From positions 1,120,001-1,184,000 of the forward strand of contig OY782041.1 of NCBI GenBank assembly GCA_963677595.1: a stretch of DNA of 64,000 bases. Reading direction: 5' to 3'. The DNA is from Spirochaetia bacterium (GTDB taxonomy: Bacteria > Spirochaetota > Spirochaetia > CAKZLE01). The notes under the pieces are model-generated. The model saw only the letters and a list, made by a program, of their open reading frames with translations, was not told where the DNA came from and searched no databases. The translations under genes and the position numbers were made by a program. Below, in pieces: positions 51,436-61,392 of this stretch (the first letter of the stretch is position 1; each line of letters starts with the position of its first letter).

Positions 51436-54060
51436 ATGCCAGAAGAGAGACTCCAACCAGGCTGGCTTCGCTGTGAGTATCAGGAAGAACCCCTTGGTAT
51501 AGACCAAACGACTCTCCATTTCGGATGGAACAACCATGTAAGGATTATCACACAGAAGTTCTTTCGCATGGAGATAACAGACTCACAGGATCGACTGGTG
51601 TTCGATTCAGGGATTATCGAATCATCGTATCCATGGACTGATGTTGACTGCAGTCCATTCCTCACCTCCTATTCCCGTTATCGATGGAGAGTCACAGCTG
51701 GAGAGGTCCCAGGGAGATCGACCCCTTCACCCTGGGCCTGGTTTGAGACAGCGGACCTTAGAAAGTCTCTCTCCCCTGCCGTATGGATCACCTCGTTACA
51801 GGATTCATGGTATAAGACTTCCTCCTGGGAAAGCGGGACACCGCAAGAGATGACATCCCAGGATATGGCAAGACACTACCATGGCATCTACCTGGGGACG
51901 ACCTTCAGATTGGAACAACCGGTCAGGCAGGTAATCAGGGCTCGATGCTATGTAACGGGTGTCGGCTGCTGCAGCCTTAGTATAAATGGATCAGTATGCA
52001 GTCCAGGCATCCTCTCCCCGGCCCAGACAGACTACCATAAAAGAGTATGGTATGATGTGATCGATATAGACCAAGCGCTCAGGGGTGATAACCAACTGAC
52101 AATCCTCCTTGGGAACGGGAGACATATTGCCTTGTACGGTTTCGGCAAACCGCGTGCAGTCTGTCTTGTACGAATCGAATACCAGGATGGTTCCTTACAG
52201 GTGATCGCGTCTCGAGAAAGCTGGTTCAGCGGATTCGGACCAGTACGTGAAAACAGCATCTTTGATGGGGAACACTATGATGCGAACATTCCCATCACGC
52301 TGAATGATCCAGCTGTCATAGTCGATGGGTATCCCCTGCAAAGCAGTACGCTTCCACCTGTTACCGTTGACAGGGTTGTCAAACCGAAACGTATCAACAG
52401 TACCCCGGATGGGTACATCATCGATTTCGGGCAGAACCTCTCAGGGTATGTTGAGATCTGCGGGGGACAGGCAAAAGGGACTGTTGTCACTATCGAGCAT
52501 GCAGAACTCCTCCATAGGGATGGAACCCTGAACCCAGCTTCCAACCGTGCAGCACAGGCCCTGGACTCCTATACATTTTGCGGGGATGATGAAGAGCGCT
52601 GGCGCCCTTCCTGTACCTACCACGGGTTTCGATATGTCAAGCTCACAGGCTGGGAAGGTTCCTTGGACAGAGACTGCATCGCTGCCCATTTCATCCATAC
52701 CGAAACAGAGAAAATCGGGCAATTTCACTGCAGTAATGAGGATTTCAATGCAGTGCACCAGGCTATCCTCTGGGGACAGCAGTCGAATATGATGGGGATC
52801 CCCACAGACTCGCCCCAACGGGATGAACGGCACGGCTGGCTCGGGGATGCCCATCTGTCCTGTGAGGAAGCACTCCTGAACTTCTCCCCATTCAGGTTCT
52901 ATCGCACCTTCCTTAGGGATATCGCGGACACGCAAGCTGAAGATGGGGCGATCACCGATGTTGCGCCTGCGTTTTGGATGGACAAACCGGCCGACCCTGC
53001 CTGGGGCAGTGCGTTCATCACCATAGGGTATCTTGTGTACTACTATAGCGGCGACATCACCGTTCTGGGAGAATACTACGAACAATTCGCTCAATACATT
53101 GCATTCCTCTCTTCCCATGCGGATAACGGGATCATCAAGGATCTCGGGACCTTCGGTGACTGGTGTGCACCGGGACTGGTGACTTCCAAGAAGACCGGAC
53201 TTGAGTGTATCTCGACACTCTATTTCATACATGACCTGGAGCTTATGGCCAGGATCTCCAACATCCTCGGGATGCGGGATGGGGTTTCCCACTATACACA
53301 GCTAAGATCATTTGTCATAGGCAAGTTCAGGGAGACCTTCTACGATGGAACGGCTATCATCAGCCAGGAAATGAGCCCCTGGGACTTCCCTGATGTGACA
53401 TCACAGGTCCTGGCCCTAGCTTGGAATATTCTGTCTGGAGAGGATCACACCAATCTGGCTGCAGCCCTGGACACCCTGGTTACCAGGACGGCAGGTAACC
53501 ACGTCAATACCGGGATTCATGGGACTGCACACCTCCTGCCCACGCTCTCAGCGGCAGGGTATGAGGAGAAAGCCTATATCATCGCGAACCAGGAGAGCTA
53601 TCCGGGCTGGATCTATATGATCCGAAACGGGGCGACGACCCTATGGGAACGGTGGGAGTTGATCGAATGTGAGGGCATGAACTCACATAACCACATCATG
53701 CTCGGCTCAATAGACACATGGTTCTACCAGTTTATTGCCGGTATCTCCCCGTTAGGACCCGGTTGGGAAAGCATAGGGTTCTATCCAGGATATTTCAAGG
53801 AGATCACACACGCAGAAGCAGGTGCAAGGACACCGTATGGCCCGGCAGCTGTTCAATGGACCCGGGATGACGGGATACTGCAGGTGCATATGACGATACC
53901 ATCTGGTGTCAGGGGCGAATTATATCCCCCTGCCGGTTATACCATCGACAGTTCACTGAAGCCCCTGGACCGGGGTACCTTTCGGAGTCGATCAGCCCAC
54001 CCCGGGTACGTATTGGAACCAGGTACATATGACATCCTACTGCGGGAGTTAACCTTATGA
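51436..54060 (+). CDS. GH78 alpha-L-rhamnosidase-like glycosidase
   Basis: DFGQN, YHGFRYV, PTDSPQRDERHGWLGD, FGDW, GATTLWERW, NSHNH. Confidence 0.92.
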   Translation: MPEERLQPGWLRCEYQEEPLGIDQTTLHFGWNNHVRIITQKFFRMEITDSQDRLVFDSGIIESSYPWTDVDCSPFLTSYSRYRWRVTAGEVPGRSTPSPWAWFETADLRKSLSPAVWITSLQDSWYKTSSWESGTPQEMTSQDMARHYHGIYLGTTFRLEQPVRQVIRARCYVTGVGCCSLSINGSVCSPGILSPAQTDYHKRVWYDVIDIDQALRGDNQLTILLGNGRHIALYGFGKPRAVCLVRIEYQDGSLQVIASRESWFSGFGPVRENSIFDGEHYDANIPITLNDPAVIVDGYPLQSSTLPPVTVDRVVKPKRINSTPDGYIIDFGQNLSGYVEICGGQAKGTVVTIEHAELLHRDGTLNPASNRAAQALDSYTFCGDDEERWRPSCTYHGFRYVKLTGWEGSLDRDCIAAHFIHTETEKIGQFHCSNEDFNAVHQAILWGQQSNMMGIPTDSPQRDERHGWLGDAHLSCEEALLNFSPFRFYRTFLRDIADTQAEDGAITDVAPAFWMDKPADPAWGSAFITIGYLVYYYSGDITVLGEYYEQFAQYIAFLSSHADNGIIKDLGTFGDWCAPGLVTSKKTGLECISTLYFIHDLELMARISNILGMRDGVSHYTQLRSFVIGKFRETFYDGTAIISQEMSPWDFPDVTSQVLALAWNILSGEDHTNLAAALDTLVTRTAGNHVNTGIHGTAHLLPTLSAAGYEEKAYIIANQESYPGWIYMIRNGATTLWERWELIECEGMNSHNHIMLGSIDTWFYQFIAGISPLGPGWESIGFYPGYFKEITHAEAGARTPYGPAAVQWTRDDGILQVHMTIPSGVRGELYPPAGYTIDSSLKPLDRGTFRSRSAHPGYVLEPGTYDILLRELTL

Positions 54061-55124
54061 CATCGAAAGAACGGGTCCAAGCAGCCTTGAACCACCAGAT
54101 ACCTGATCGTGTACCTATCAACTACCTTGCGAATCCAGGTATCGATACGGCCCTGAAGCAGTCCTTCAAGCTCGGGGCACAGGATACGGACCTGCTGCTA
54201 GAGAAGCTGCAGGTTGATATCAGGGAAGTGGCACTCCCCTATTTGGGCCCCCCGCTTCATGCACCTAGGCCTGGCCGCAGTGTAGATGAACAATGGGGTA
54301 TCATCAAGCGATGGGTTGAACATGAGACCGGAGGGTATTGGGATTATTGTGACTTCCCGCTGCACATACTGGATGAGGAGAAAGCTGAGTCCTGGCCTAT
54401 GCCGGAACCTGATGATTTTGCTTATTCAGCCATCCTTGATCAAGTCGACAGGTACAAAGAGAAAGCCCTCTTTCTCGGGAATCCGGGTCTTGCGGACATC
54501 CTCAACACCACAGGGATGTTATGCGGGATGGAAACGGTATACATGGCCCTAGCCCTGCAGGACCCGAACTGGCTGCATCTCGTAGACAGGCGCTTGGATA
54601 TCCAGCTTGAGATCACCCGCAGGGCCCTTGAGACAGCAGGCGGGTCGATCGACTGCCTCTGGATCGGGGAGGACCTCGGTTCCCAGAATGGACCGTTGAT
54701 CTCAACGACCCATTACCGGTCCGTGATTCGCCCGAGGCACCAGAAGTTCGTGGACCTTGCCTCCTCCTTTAACATTCCCGTCATGATACACAGCTGCGGT
54801 TCATCGTCCTGGGCATTTCAGGATTTCATCGAGATGGGAATAGCCGCTGTAGACACCCTGCAGCCTGAAGCTGCCCACATGAAGCCTGAATTCCTGAAAG
54901 GGACCTACGGGAAGGACCTGGCGTTCCATGGCGGGTTCTCCACTGCGGGTTCAGTAGTGGAAGGGACCAGGGAGGAAGTTATTGCCGACCTGGAAGGATT
55001 ATTGGCAACTATGATGCCCGAAAGCGGATACCTCTTTTCCCCTACGCATATGTTTCAGGACAATACATCCCTGGAGAACCTGATCACCGTCTACTCATTG
55101 TTACCCGAACTGGGCAGGTATTGA
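54057..55124 (+). CDS. Uroporphyrinogen decarboxylase/MtaA-CmuA superfamily protein
   Basis: MTSKERV..ALNH..PDRVP, EDLGSQ, HSCG, FHGG. Confidence 0.85.
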   Translation: MTSKERVQAALNHQIPDRVPINYLANPGIDTALKQSFKLGAQDTDLLLEKLQVDIREVALPYLGPPLHAPRPGRSVDEQWGIIKRWVEHETGGYWDYCDFPLHILDEEKAESWPMPEPDDFAYSAILDQVDRYKEKALFLGNPGLADILNTTGMLCGMETVYMALALQDPNWLHLVDRRLDIQLEITRRALETAGGSIDCLWIGEDLGSQNGPLISTTHYRSVIRPRHQKFVDLASSFNIPVMIHSCGSSSWAFQDFIEMGIAAVDTLQPEAAHMKPEFLKGTYGKDLAFHGGFSTAGSVVEGTREEVIADLEGLLATMMPESGYLFSPTHMFQDNTSLENLITVYSLLPELGRY

Positions 55125-56854
55125 AATCCAGGCTGCCGCATCAGGGGCTGCCTGAACCAGACTGTACAGCCGTCTCCCTCATGTGATGCGATATGAAGGG
55201 CATACTGCTCACCATGATAGAGGCGTAAGCGGTACTGAATGTTCCGCAGTCCGATATGCCCTTCCTGAGCATCGGATGGTTCCGAGTCAATCGACCTGTT
55301 CTGGTCCAGCAACTCCTGTATCTCCAGAAGCGTATCGGGGGGGAACCCAACACCATTATCATTGATAGTAATCACCAGGTCATCAGCGTCCTTACGTACC
55401 GAGATGGTAATCTGCCCAGCTCCCTCCTGCTCACTGAATCCATGGATGATGCTGTTCTCTACGATATTCAGGATCATGAGTTTATGGATCTTTTCCTTTT
55501 TAAGGTACTCAGGGATCTCGTACGTAATTGAGAACTCCCGATACCTGTAGAGCTGGATTGTCGCATAGGCCTCTATGAGGGCTATCTCCTTCTCCAGTGG
55601 GATGAATTCGCTCTCGATATCTGTCAGGCTTTTCAGGTACCCGATCAGAGCTTTCGTGACGGACATGATATTCTCCTGTCCGTTTATCTGTGCCATCCAA
55701 CGAATCGTGTTGAGCGTGTTATAGAGGAAATGTGGAGTCAACTGCAGTTGGAGATTCTGTAGATACGCTCTCCGTTTCTCTTTCTCAGTCCTCCTGATCT
55801 CATCCAGCAATTGCTGCACCCGGTGGGTCATGCTGTTGAACCCCATACTCAGCTGCCGGATCTCATCGATATGGTTCTCCTCGACTGTTATATCGAGATT
55901 ACCGTCCCCGACCTGATTGATTGCATCGGTGAGGTCCTTCAGGGGTTTCCCAAGCTTCTTTGAGACCATGTAAGACAGGTAGAAGAAGAACAGGAAATAA
56001 CAGACCAAGCTGATATAGAATATTCTCTGGATAACTGACAACTCATCCGAGATCTGCCTGGGAGAAAGCGACAAAATTATTATCCAGTCAGAGAGCCTTG
56101 ATCGAGAGGATAGGATCAGGACATCCTCCCCATCTGCCCCGGAAGATGAATATGCACGTGCAGCATGGTAACTGTTCTCAAGCATCTCCTTGTCTAACAG
56201 AGGCTCTGCATCCACACCATTTGATGCGATCAACTTGCCTTCTGACTGATAGATTGAGATACCGTGACTGTTTTCGAAGGGGGTATACTGGAAAAAATCC
56301 GAGAAGAACATCCCGCTGAATCCGAGGCAAAGGGTAGCAATCGGTTTCTCATCCTGTCTAATATGCCTCATTCCGAAGAAATAGCTGTCATTCAAACCGA
56401 AGTTGGTCTTCAGTGGATACGATGTTGTCCAGAGGATTCGTCCATCCTGTTCAATCAGTTTCTCCTGGTAGCTTTCAACAATCTGATCTATCTCACGGAG
56501 GCCATGGCCGCTGTACAAGGAGCCTTTTTCAGTAAACAGGTAGGCTGAGGATATAAGTCGGTTGGCATTGACAAAACTGTCAAGCTGACTCTGCACCGCA
56601 GTACAGTCCAGGATATCAGTCTCGGCAGTTATCTCTTCCATGGCTTCAGCATTCAGGTACAATTCCATGGTCAACTGCTGATAATGGAGGAGCTGCGTGT
56701 CCAGGTTCTTCCGCATCTCGTCAATAAGTTGAGTGTTGGTCGCTATCTGTTTGTTGACAGCATAATTCAGAAAGAAGTTATTTGCCAGAAAGTAGATGAT
56801 ACCGCTTGGTATAACAACGATCAGGACAAACCAAATAAAGATTCGCTTCTGCAT
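55091..56854 (-). CDS. YesM-like sensor histidine kinase
   Basis: 2 TM segments + HAMP, QLTPHFLYNTL, VENSIIHG, DNGVG, IGLRNI. Confidence 0.93.
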   Translation of the reverse strand: MQKRIFIWFVLIVVIPSGIIYFLANNFFLNYAVNKQIATNTQLIDEMRKNLDTQLLHYQQLTMELYLNAEAMEEITAETDILDCTAVQSQLDSFVNANRLISSAYLFTEKGSLYSGHGLREIDQIVESYQEKLIEQDGRILWTTSYPLKTNFGLNDSYFFGMRHIRQDEKPIATLCLGFSGMFFSDFFQYTPFENSHGISIYQSEGKLIASNGVDAEPLLDKEMLENSYHAARAYSSSGADGEDVLILSSRSRLSDWIIILSLSPRQISDELSVIQRIFYISLVCYFLFFFYLSYMVSKKLGKPLKDLTDAINQVGDGNLDITVEENHIDEIRQLSMGFNSMTHRVQQLLDEIRRTEKEKRRAYLQNLQLQLTPHFLYNTLNTIRWMAQINGQENIMSVTKALIGYLKSLTDIESEFIPLEKEIALIEAYATIQLYRYREFSITYEIPEYLKKEKIHKLMILNIVENSIIHGFSEQEGAGQITISVRKDADDLVITINDNGVGFPPDTLLEIQELLDQNRSIDSEPSDAQEGHIGLRNIQYRLRLYHGEQYALHIASHEGDGCTVWFRQPLMRQPGFQYLPSSGNNE

Positions 56855-57080
56855 AGGTTATTCTACTCGCTCCAAGCTGTAATTGTAAACCATAATACTC
56901 TTCCATACTGTGATGCACACAATTTTCCAAAAATGAGGAACAAGCAAGTACAATTACACACTGATCCTTACTGGTGTGGGGGGAAAGACCGTCAGGTTTT
57001 TCGTCGATCGCAGCATGCTTTTAAATCAAATCGACCTGAATCCTGTTTGTAGTAGATATACGAACACAGGAGGAACCCGC

Positions 57081-58022
57081 ATGTTTAAAGAGATAAAGTA
57101 CGGGAACAGCACCTTACTGCCGCTAACCAGTGACATCGTCTTCAAGGCGATCTTCACCAAAGAAGAGAACAAGGACCTGCTGCTCTCCCTGCTCACCGCC
57201 TACCTCGACATCTCCCCGAAGAGCCCGGAGGACATCACCATCATGACCACGGAGAAGGAACGGGATTACCCCGATGACAAGCTCTTCCGCCTTGACCTGC
57301 GGGTCAAGACCGCAGGCAACGAACACATCGATGTCGAGATCCAGGTCCGCAATGAGTTTGACATCATTCCCCGCAGCCTGCATTACCTTGCCCGCCTCTA
57401 CTCAAGCCAGATCAAGAGGGGAGATCGATATGCAGCCTCAGGAAAAGCCATAACTCTCAACTTTCTGTGCTATAATCTGATAGAGACGGAAGAAGAGAAG
57501 AACGGAGAGAACTACGAAGAGAAGCCGGATACGACAAGGTCCTATATACGGCACATAACCTTCCATGACCGGGAGACGAAAGAAGAGTTCACGGACCTCA
57601 TGGAGATGGTCTTCGTGGAGCTTAAGCGTATGGACCATGATGATCCCGAAAGCCTGAGGGATCAGTGGACGAGGTTCTTCAGGGCTGAAGACTTGGAAGG
57701 GTTGGAAGAACTCTCCCATCAGAACAGGATCTTCGAGGAGGCGATGAAGCAGATGGTACATGTAAGTGCGGATGAAGAGCTCCGGTATGCATATGTCCGG
57801 AAGAGTATGGCGGAACTCGATGAAGCTGCCCGTGAGGCGGCACTCGTAGAGGATACTGCTACTACATACCTGGCTAAAGGCAAAGCTGAAGGAAAAGCTG
57901 AAGGCAAGGAAGAAGAGAAGGAAGCGACAGTCAAGCGGCTTGCGGCTGAATCCGCCGATATATCCATGATCGCACGTGCGACGGACTTAACAGAGTCTGA
58001 AGTCCTGAAGATCCTGGGCTAG
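57081..58022 (+). CDS. Rpn family recombination-promoting nuclease / PD-(D/E)XK_2 putative transposase
   Basis: SDIVFKAIF, RLDL, DVEIQ, RSLHY, C-terminal GKAEGKAEG repeat and HTH-like tail; AGGAGG RBS before ATG 57081. Confidence 0.88.
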   Translation: MFKEIKYGNSTLLPLTSDIVFKAIFTKEENKDLLLSLLTAYLDISPKSPEDITIMTTEKERDYPDDKLFRLDLRVKTAGNEHIDVEIQVRNEFDIIPRSLHYLARLYSSQIKRGDRYAASGKAITLNFLCYNLIETEEEKNGENYEEKPDTTRSYIRHITFHDRETKEEFTDLMEMVFVELKRMDHDDPESLRDQWTRFFRAEDLEGLEELSHQNRIFEEAMKQMVHVSADEELRYAYVRKSMAELDEAAREAALVEDTATTYLAKGKAEGKAEGKEEEKEATVKRLAAESADISMIARATDLTESEVLKILG

Positions 58023-58111
58023 AAGCCAGATGCTCAGCTTGTCGGGGGACTAACGAGCTGAGAGCATGATCTTCGAGGAGTCTGTTGAGCAGGGCTTCGT
58101 CATGTATGGAG

Positions 58112-59779
58112 TCACAGGGAGATGGAAGCCCCCACACTGCACTGGAGGTCCTGCTCCCAGTCAGTATAGACTTCCGTACTCTTCGTGTAGTCTCTCCGGT
58201 TAAGCCAATCCACCTGGTACCATAGACCGATCGCCTCGAGTGCGGGAAGTTCCAGCTCCCCAGCCGTCGAGGCAATGACCGTTTGGCTGATGGTATCACC
58301 GCTCGGAGAAAAGGATACGTCCTCATAATCACCAAATTCTTCAACTACCGTGTTTATGTCCTTGTCCCCATGGAGCATCCCGAAGAGGGAGGCGGAGAAA
58401 GAGCCTATGCCCGGCAGACGATACTCGGTCGAGAGCTGCCCCACGATCGCATCACAGCCGTAGGGATAGCCGAGGAAGTCTATATGGGGTGAGAGGTAGT
58501 CGATCGTCTGTCCGATCGCGAAATGCCTCTGGTAGACCTTGAACTCCACTTTGTCTCGAAGGTACATATAGGGGTCAGTATAGGCGAACTCCAGGTTCAT
58601 CGTCAGGATACCGTTACCGGCACTTCCTGTCTGGGTCCCCCCCAGCATGTAGGCGAAGGAGCCCGGTTGGGTCGAAGCTTCAAGCGGGGCCCGAGCCTGG
58701 TCGATCGCGAATTGTGCGTAGAGGTTAAACCCCGGGGTAACCGCAGCATTCAGTTCAGCATAGGCAAGCGCATTGAACATACTCCGGTTGTTGAGGTTGT
58801 GGAAGATGTAAGCCGGGTTCAGATACTTGATGTCAATGAACGACTGCTCGTACATGACATTCTCCGAGAGGGCGAAGCTGAGCCAGTCCAGAGGAGTGAA
58901 CTCGATCCGGTGAGCCAGGTACATATCCATTCCGTTGAATTCGGATTCATTCATATAGGATCCTGCATCCTCGGGATAATCGAAGAACGAATAGAGGATC
59001 TCATACTTGAAATGGTCATGGTAAGAGACGAACCGCAGGGCATCATAGTAGTCGAGGTTGTCGCTTATCGCGAAGTTCCCGGTCTGCCCGGGACCCCAGG
59101 AGAACATGTCACGGCCAAACTGCAGGTTCCAACCGTCACCACCGGCAGAGATGAACGCCCGGTACGGTGTCTCGAAGTTTATATACTGCAGGTCGAAATA
59201 GTTCGTGCTGAAGGTGTCCTTGTAGAGGTAGGAGGCCGTCAGGTTCTGCAGGGTATCTCCGATCTCGGTGTCTTCCGCAGCGAACAGAGCCTTCGCATAC
59301 TCCATCTCGGAGTATGTGTAGAACCAGTCATGGAGCCCCAGCTCGATATAGGCCTTTATGACGGGAGCCCGGTCCTCATAGCCAAAGACCCAGTCATCCT
59401 CCAGGATGAAGTCAGTGGCGTTCGTATGGTAATAGGCTTCCCCGTAAAGGTCGAGACCAAGCCCGAGCTGGTAGCCGTCCTCTACAGGGAACCGAAGGTC
59501 AGTGTCATAGACCCGTTCCCGTAAATCCTCATACAGATTTTTGTAGGCCCCGTGCATACGCTGTTCCGGGATCAGCTCAAACAGGTTCTGGGCTTCCCCG
59601 TAGGACCAGGGTCGTGATGTGGAGGGCAGGGCCCTGCCTCCCGCGATGAACAGGGAGTCCATATCAGCATAGACACTCTCGTCAAGTGGGATGATACTCT
59701 GCAGATTCTCAGCAAAGAGTGTTCCACTGTACAGGAACAGTACCAGGATCAGCATACAGAATACATAAGACTTTTTCAT
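58112..59779 (-). CDS. Outer-membrane beta-barrel-like protein (Wzi-like), paralog 4
   Basis: Signal peptide, AENLQ, PSTSRPW, GRDMFSWGPG, HRIEF, TDPYMYLRD, ends SISL. Confidence 0.8.
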   Translation of the reverse strand: MKKSYVFCMLILVLFLYSGTLFAENLQSIIPLDESVYADMDSLFIAGGRALPSTSRPWSYGEAQNLFELIPEQRMHGAYKNLYEDLRERVYDTDLRFPVEDGYQLGLGLDLYGEAYYHTNATDFILEDDWVFGYEDRAPVIKAYIELGLHDWFYTYSEMEYAKALFAAEDTEIGDTLQNLTASYLYKDTFSTNYFDLQYINFETPYRAFISAGGDGWNLQFGRDMFSWGPGQTGNFAISDNLDYYDALRFVSYHDHFKYEILYSFFDYPEDAGSYMNESEFNGMDMYLAHRIEFTPLDWLSFALSENVMYEQSFIDIKYLNPAYIFHNLNNRSMFNALAYAELNAAVTPGFNLYAQFAIDQARAPLEASTQPGSFAYMLGGTQTGSAGNGILTMNLEFAYTDPYMYLRDKVEFKVYQRHFAIGQTIDYLSPHIDFLGYPYGCDAIVGQLSTEYRLPGIGSFSASLFGMLHGDKDINTVVEEFGDYEDVSFSPSGDTISQTVIASTAGELELPALEAIGLWYQVDWLNRRDYTKSTEVYTDWEQDLQCSVGASISL

Positions 59780-59906
59780 AATTCTCCCCACCACACACGT
59801 GTAACCCCTCACTCATTTCCTGACCATACTACTGGTTCACACCGTGTGTTTCAACCGTTATCACGGACTACTAGAGAGCTTATTGGATTTTTTCTTACTG
59901 CAAGTT

Positions 59907-59932
59907 AAAAAAAGAGGCCATTTCTGACCCCT
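59907..59932 (-). terminator. Intrinsic terminator of the FKBP gene
   Basis: Minus strand AGGGGTCA-GAAA-TGGCCTCT then a T run. Confidence 0.65.
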
Positions 59933-59959
59933 TTCTTTGTTTCCTAAAAAAGAAATGTA

Positions 59960-60733
59960 TTACTCGCCGTCCCCGATACTGAGCAGCTCGACCTCGAAGA
60001 TCAGCAGCTGGCTCGGTCCGATGACCGGTGCAGAACCTGTCTCACCGTAGGCAAGATCAGGATGGAGGAAGAATCGGTACTTGCTTCCTACCGACATCAG
60101 CTGTACACCCTCTACCCAGCCGTCAATCACGCCGCCGAGTGCGAAGGTCGCGGGAGTGCCGCTGTCATAGGAACTCTCGAAGACGTTACCGTCAAGGAAC
60201 GAACCCTTGTAATGGACGGTGACGACATCGTCGGCTGTCGGTTTCTCACCATCACCCTCGACGACGACCTCATACTGGAGACCGCTGTCTGTCGTGGTCA
60301 CCCCGGCCCGGGTCTTATTGGTAGCGAGGAATGTCTCAGCCTCTTCGAGGTTGGCTGCTGAGATCTCTGCCTGTGCAGCCTGCTCCTGCTCCATGAGCAC
60401 CGTCTGGTACTCCATGAGGATCGAGTTGATCTCATCCTGGGAATAGATGCCTGCGTTGCCGGCGATCGCTTCCCTCATACCCTGGATGAAGTAGTCCGCG
60501 TTGAACTCGACACCGTCTGCCATATAGCTCTGGGTGAAGAGATATCCGAATGCATAGCTGAACCGGTCGATCAGCTCTTCAGGCGCATCAAGGGTACCGA
60601 CGGGAGTCTCTATCACTACCTGGTTCTCTGCTTGTGCAGCCTCTTCCAAAGCACTCTTCTCCTTATCCCCACCGGCAAACACCAGGGTTGAGATAAGCAG
60701 GAATGCCATACATAATCCAAGAATCCGTTTCAT
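59960..60733 (-). CDS. FkpA/Mip-type FKBP peptidyl-prolyl isomerase
   Basis: SYAFG, SGLQYEV, VHYKG, VIDGWVEG, LAYG, LIFEVEL. Confidence 0.93.
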   Translation of the reverse strand: MKRILGLCMAFLLISTLVFAGGDKEKSALEEAAQAENQVVIETPVGTLDAPEELIDRFSYAFGYLFTQSYMADGVEFNADYFIQGMREAIAGNAGIYSQDEINSILMEYQTVLMEQEQAAQAEISAANLEEAETFLATNKTRAGVTTTDSGLQYEVVVEGDGEKPTADDVVTVHYKGSFLDGNVFESSYDSGTPATFALGGVIDGWVEGVQLMSVGSKYRFFLHPDLAYGETGSAPVIGPSQLLIFEVELLSIGDGE

Positions 60734-60858
60734 AAAGGTCCTTCCTTTCTAGCTGTATAAGTACTCAAGTATCAAATATAACAAGATACCCTATAAAAGG
60801 AAAGGTGAAATCAAGAGACGGATTATGGTTTTACATTCTGGTTACAAAGGGGAGCTGC

Positions 60859-61392
60859 TCAGGTGTAGTCCCGGTAGACCGAGCCGCCTGCGGCATCCAT
60901 CGCGACGATGACGGGAAAGTCCTTCACCGTGAGGCGGTAGAGGGCTTCAGGGCCGAGATCCTCGAATGCGATCAGCTCTACTGCCTCGACGCAGTCGGCA
61001 TAGAGTGCGCCGCAGCCGCCGAAAGCAGTGAAGTAGACAGCCTGGTTCCGTTCTACCGCCTTCAAGACCTCGGCAGACCTCGGGCCTTTCCCGATCATCG
61101 CCAGCAGCCCCTCCTCGAGGAGCATCGGCGCGAAGGGGTCCATCCTCGCTGAGGTGGTGGGACCGCAGGAACCTATCACGAAGCCTTCCGGGGCCGGGGC
61201 CGGCCCCATGTAGAAGATCGTCTCCCCGGCAAGATCGACCGGGAGGTCTTTGCCTTCCTTCATCAAGGTCGTCAGCCTCAGGTGGACCTGATCCCGTCCT
61301 ACGAGCATATCGCCAGTCAATGAGACCTCATCGCCTACTCTCAACTCTTTGACGGCTTCCGGGTCAAGCGGCAGTCTCAGATCATATCTCAT
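60859..61392 (-). CDS. Class I fumarate hydratase beta subunit (TtdB/FumA-C family)
   Basis: GRDQVH, GPTTSARMD, IGKG, DLGPEA. Confidence 0.9.
   Translation of the reverse strand: MRYDLRLPLDPEAVKELRVGDEVSLTGDMLVGRDQVHLRLTTLMKEGKDLPVDLAGETIFYMGPAPAPEGFVIGSCGPTTSARMDPFAPMLLEEGLLAMIGKGPRSAEVLKAVERNQAVYFTAFGGCGALYADCVEAVELIAFEDLGPEALYRLTVKDFPVIVAMDAAGGSVYRDYT

Noticed and set aside
57870-57912. Short tandem repeat (GG(C/A)AAAGCTGAA)
   Set aside because: Encodes the usual GKAE repeat of Rpn C-termini; not a CRISPR or regulatory array
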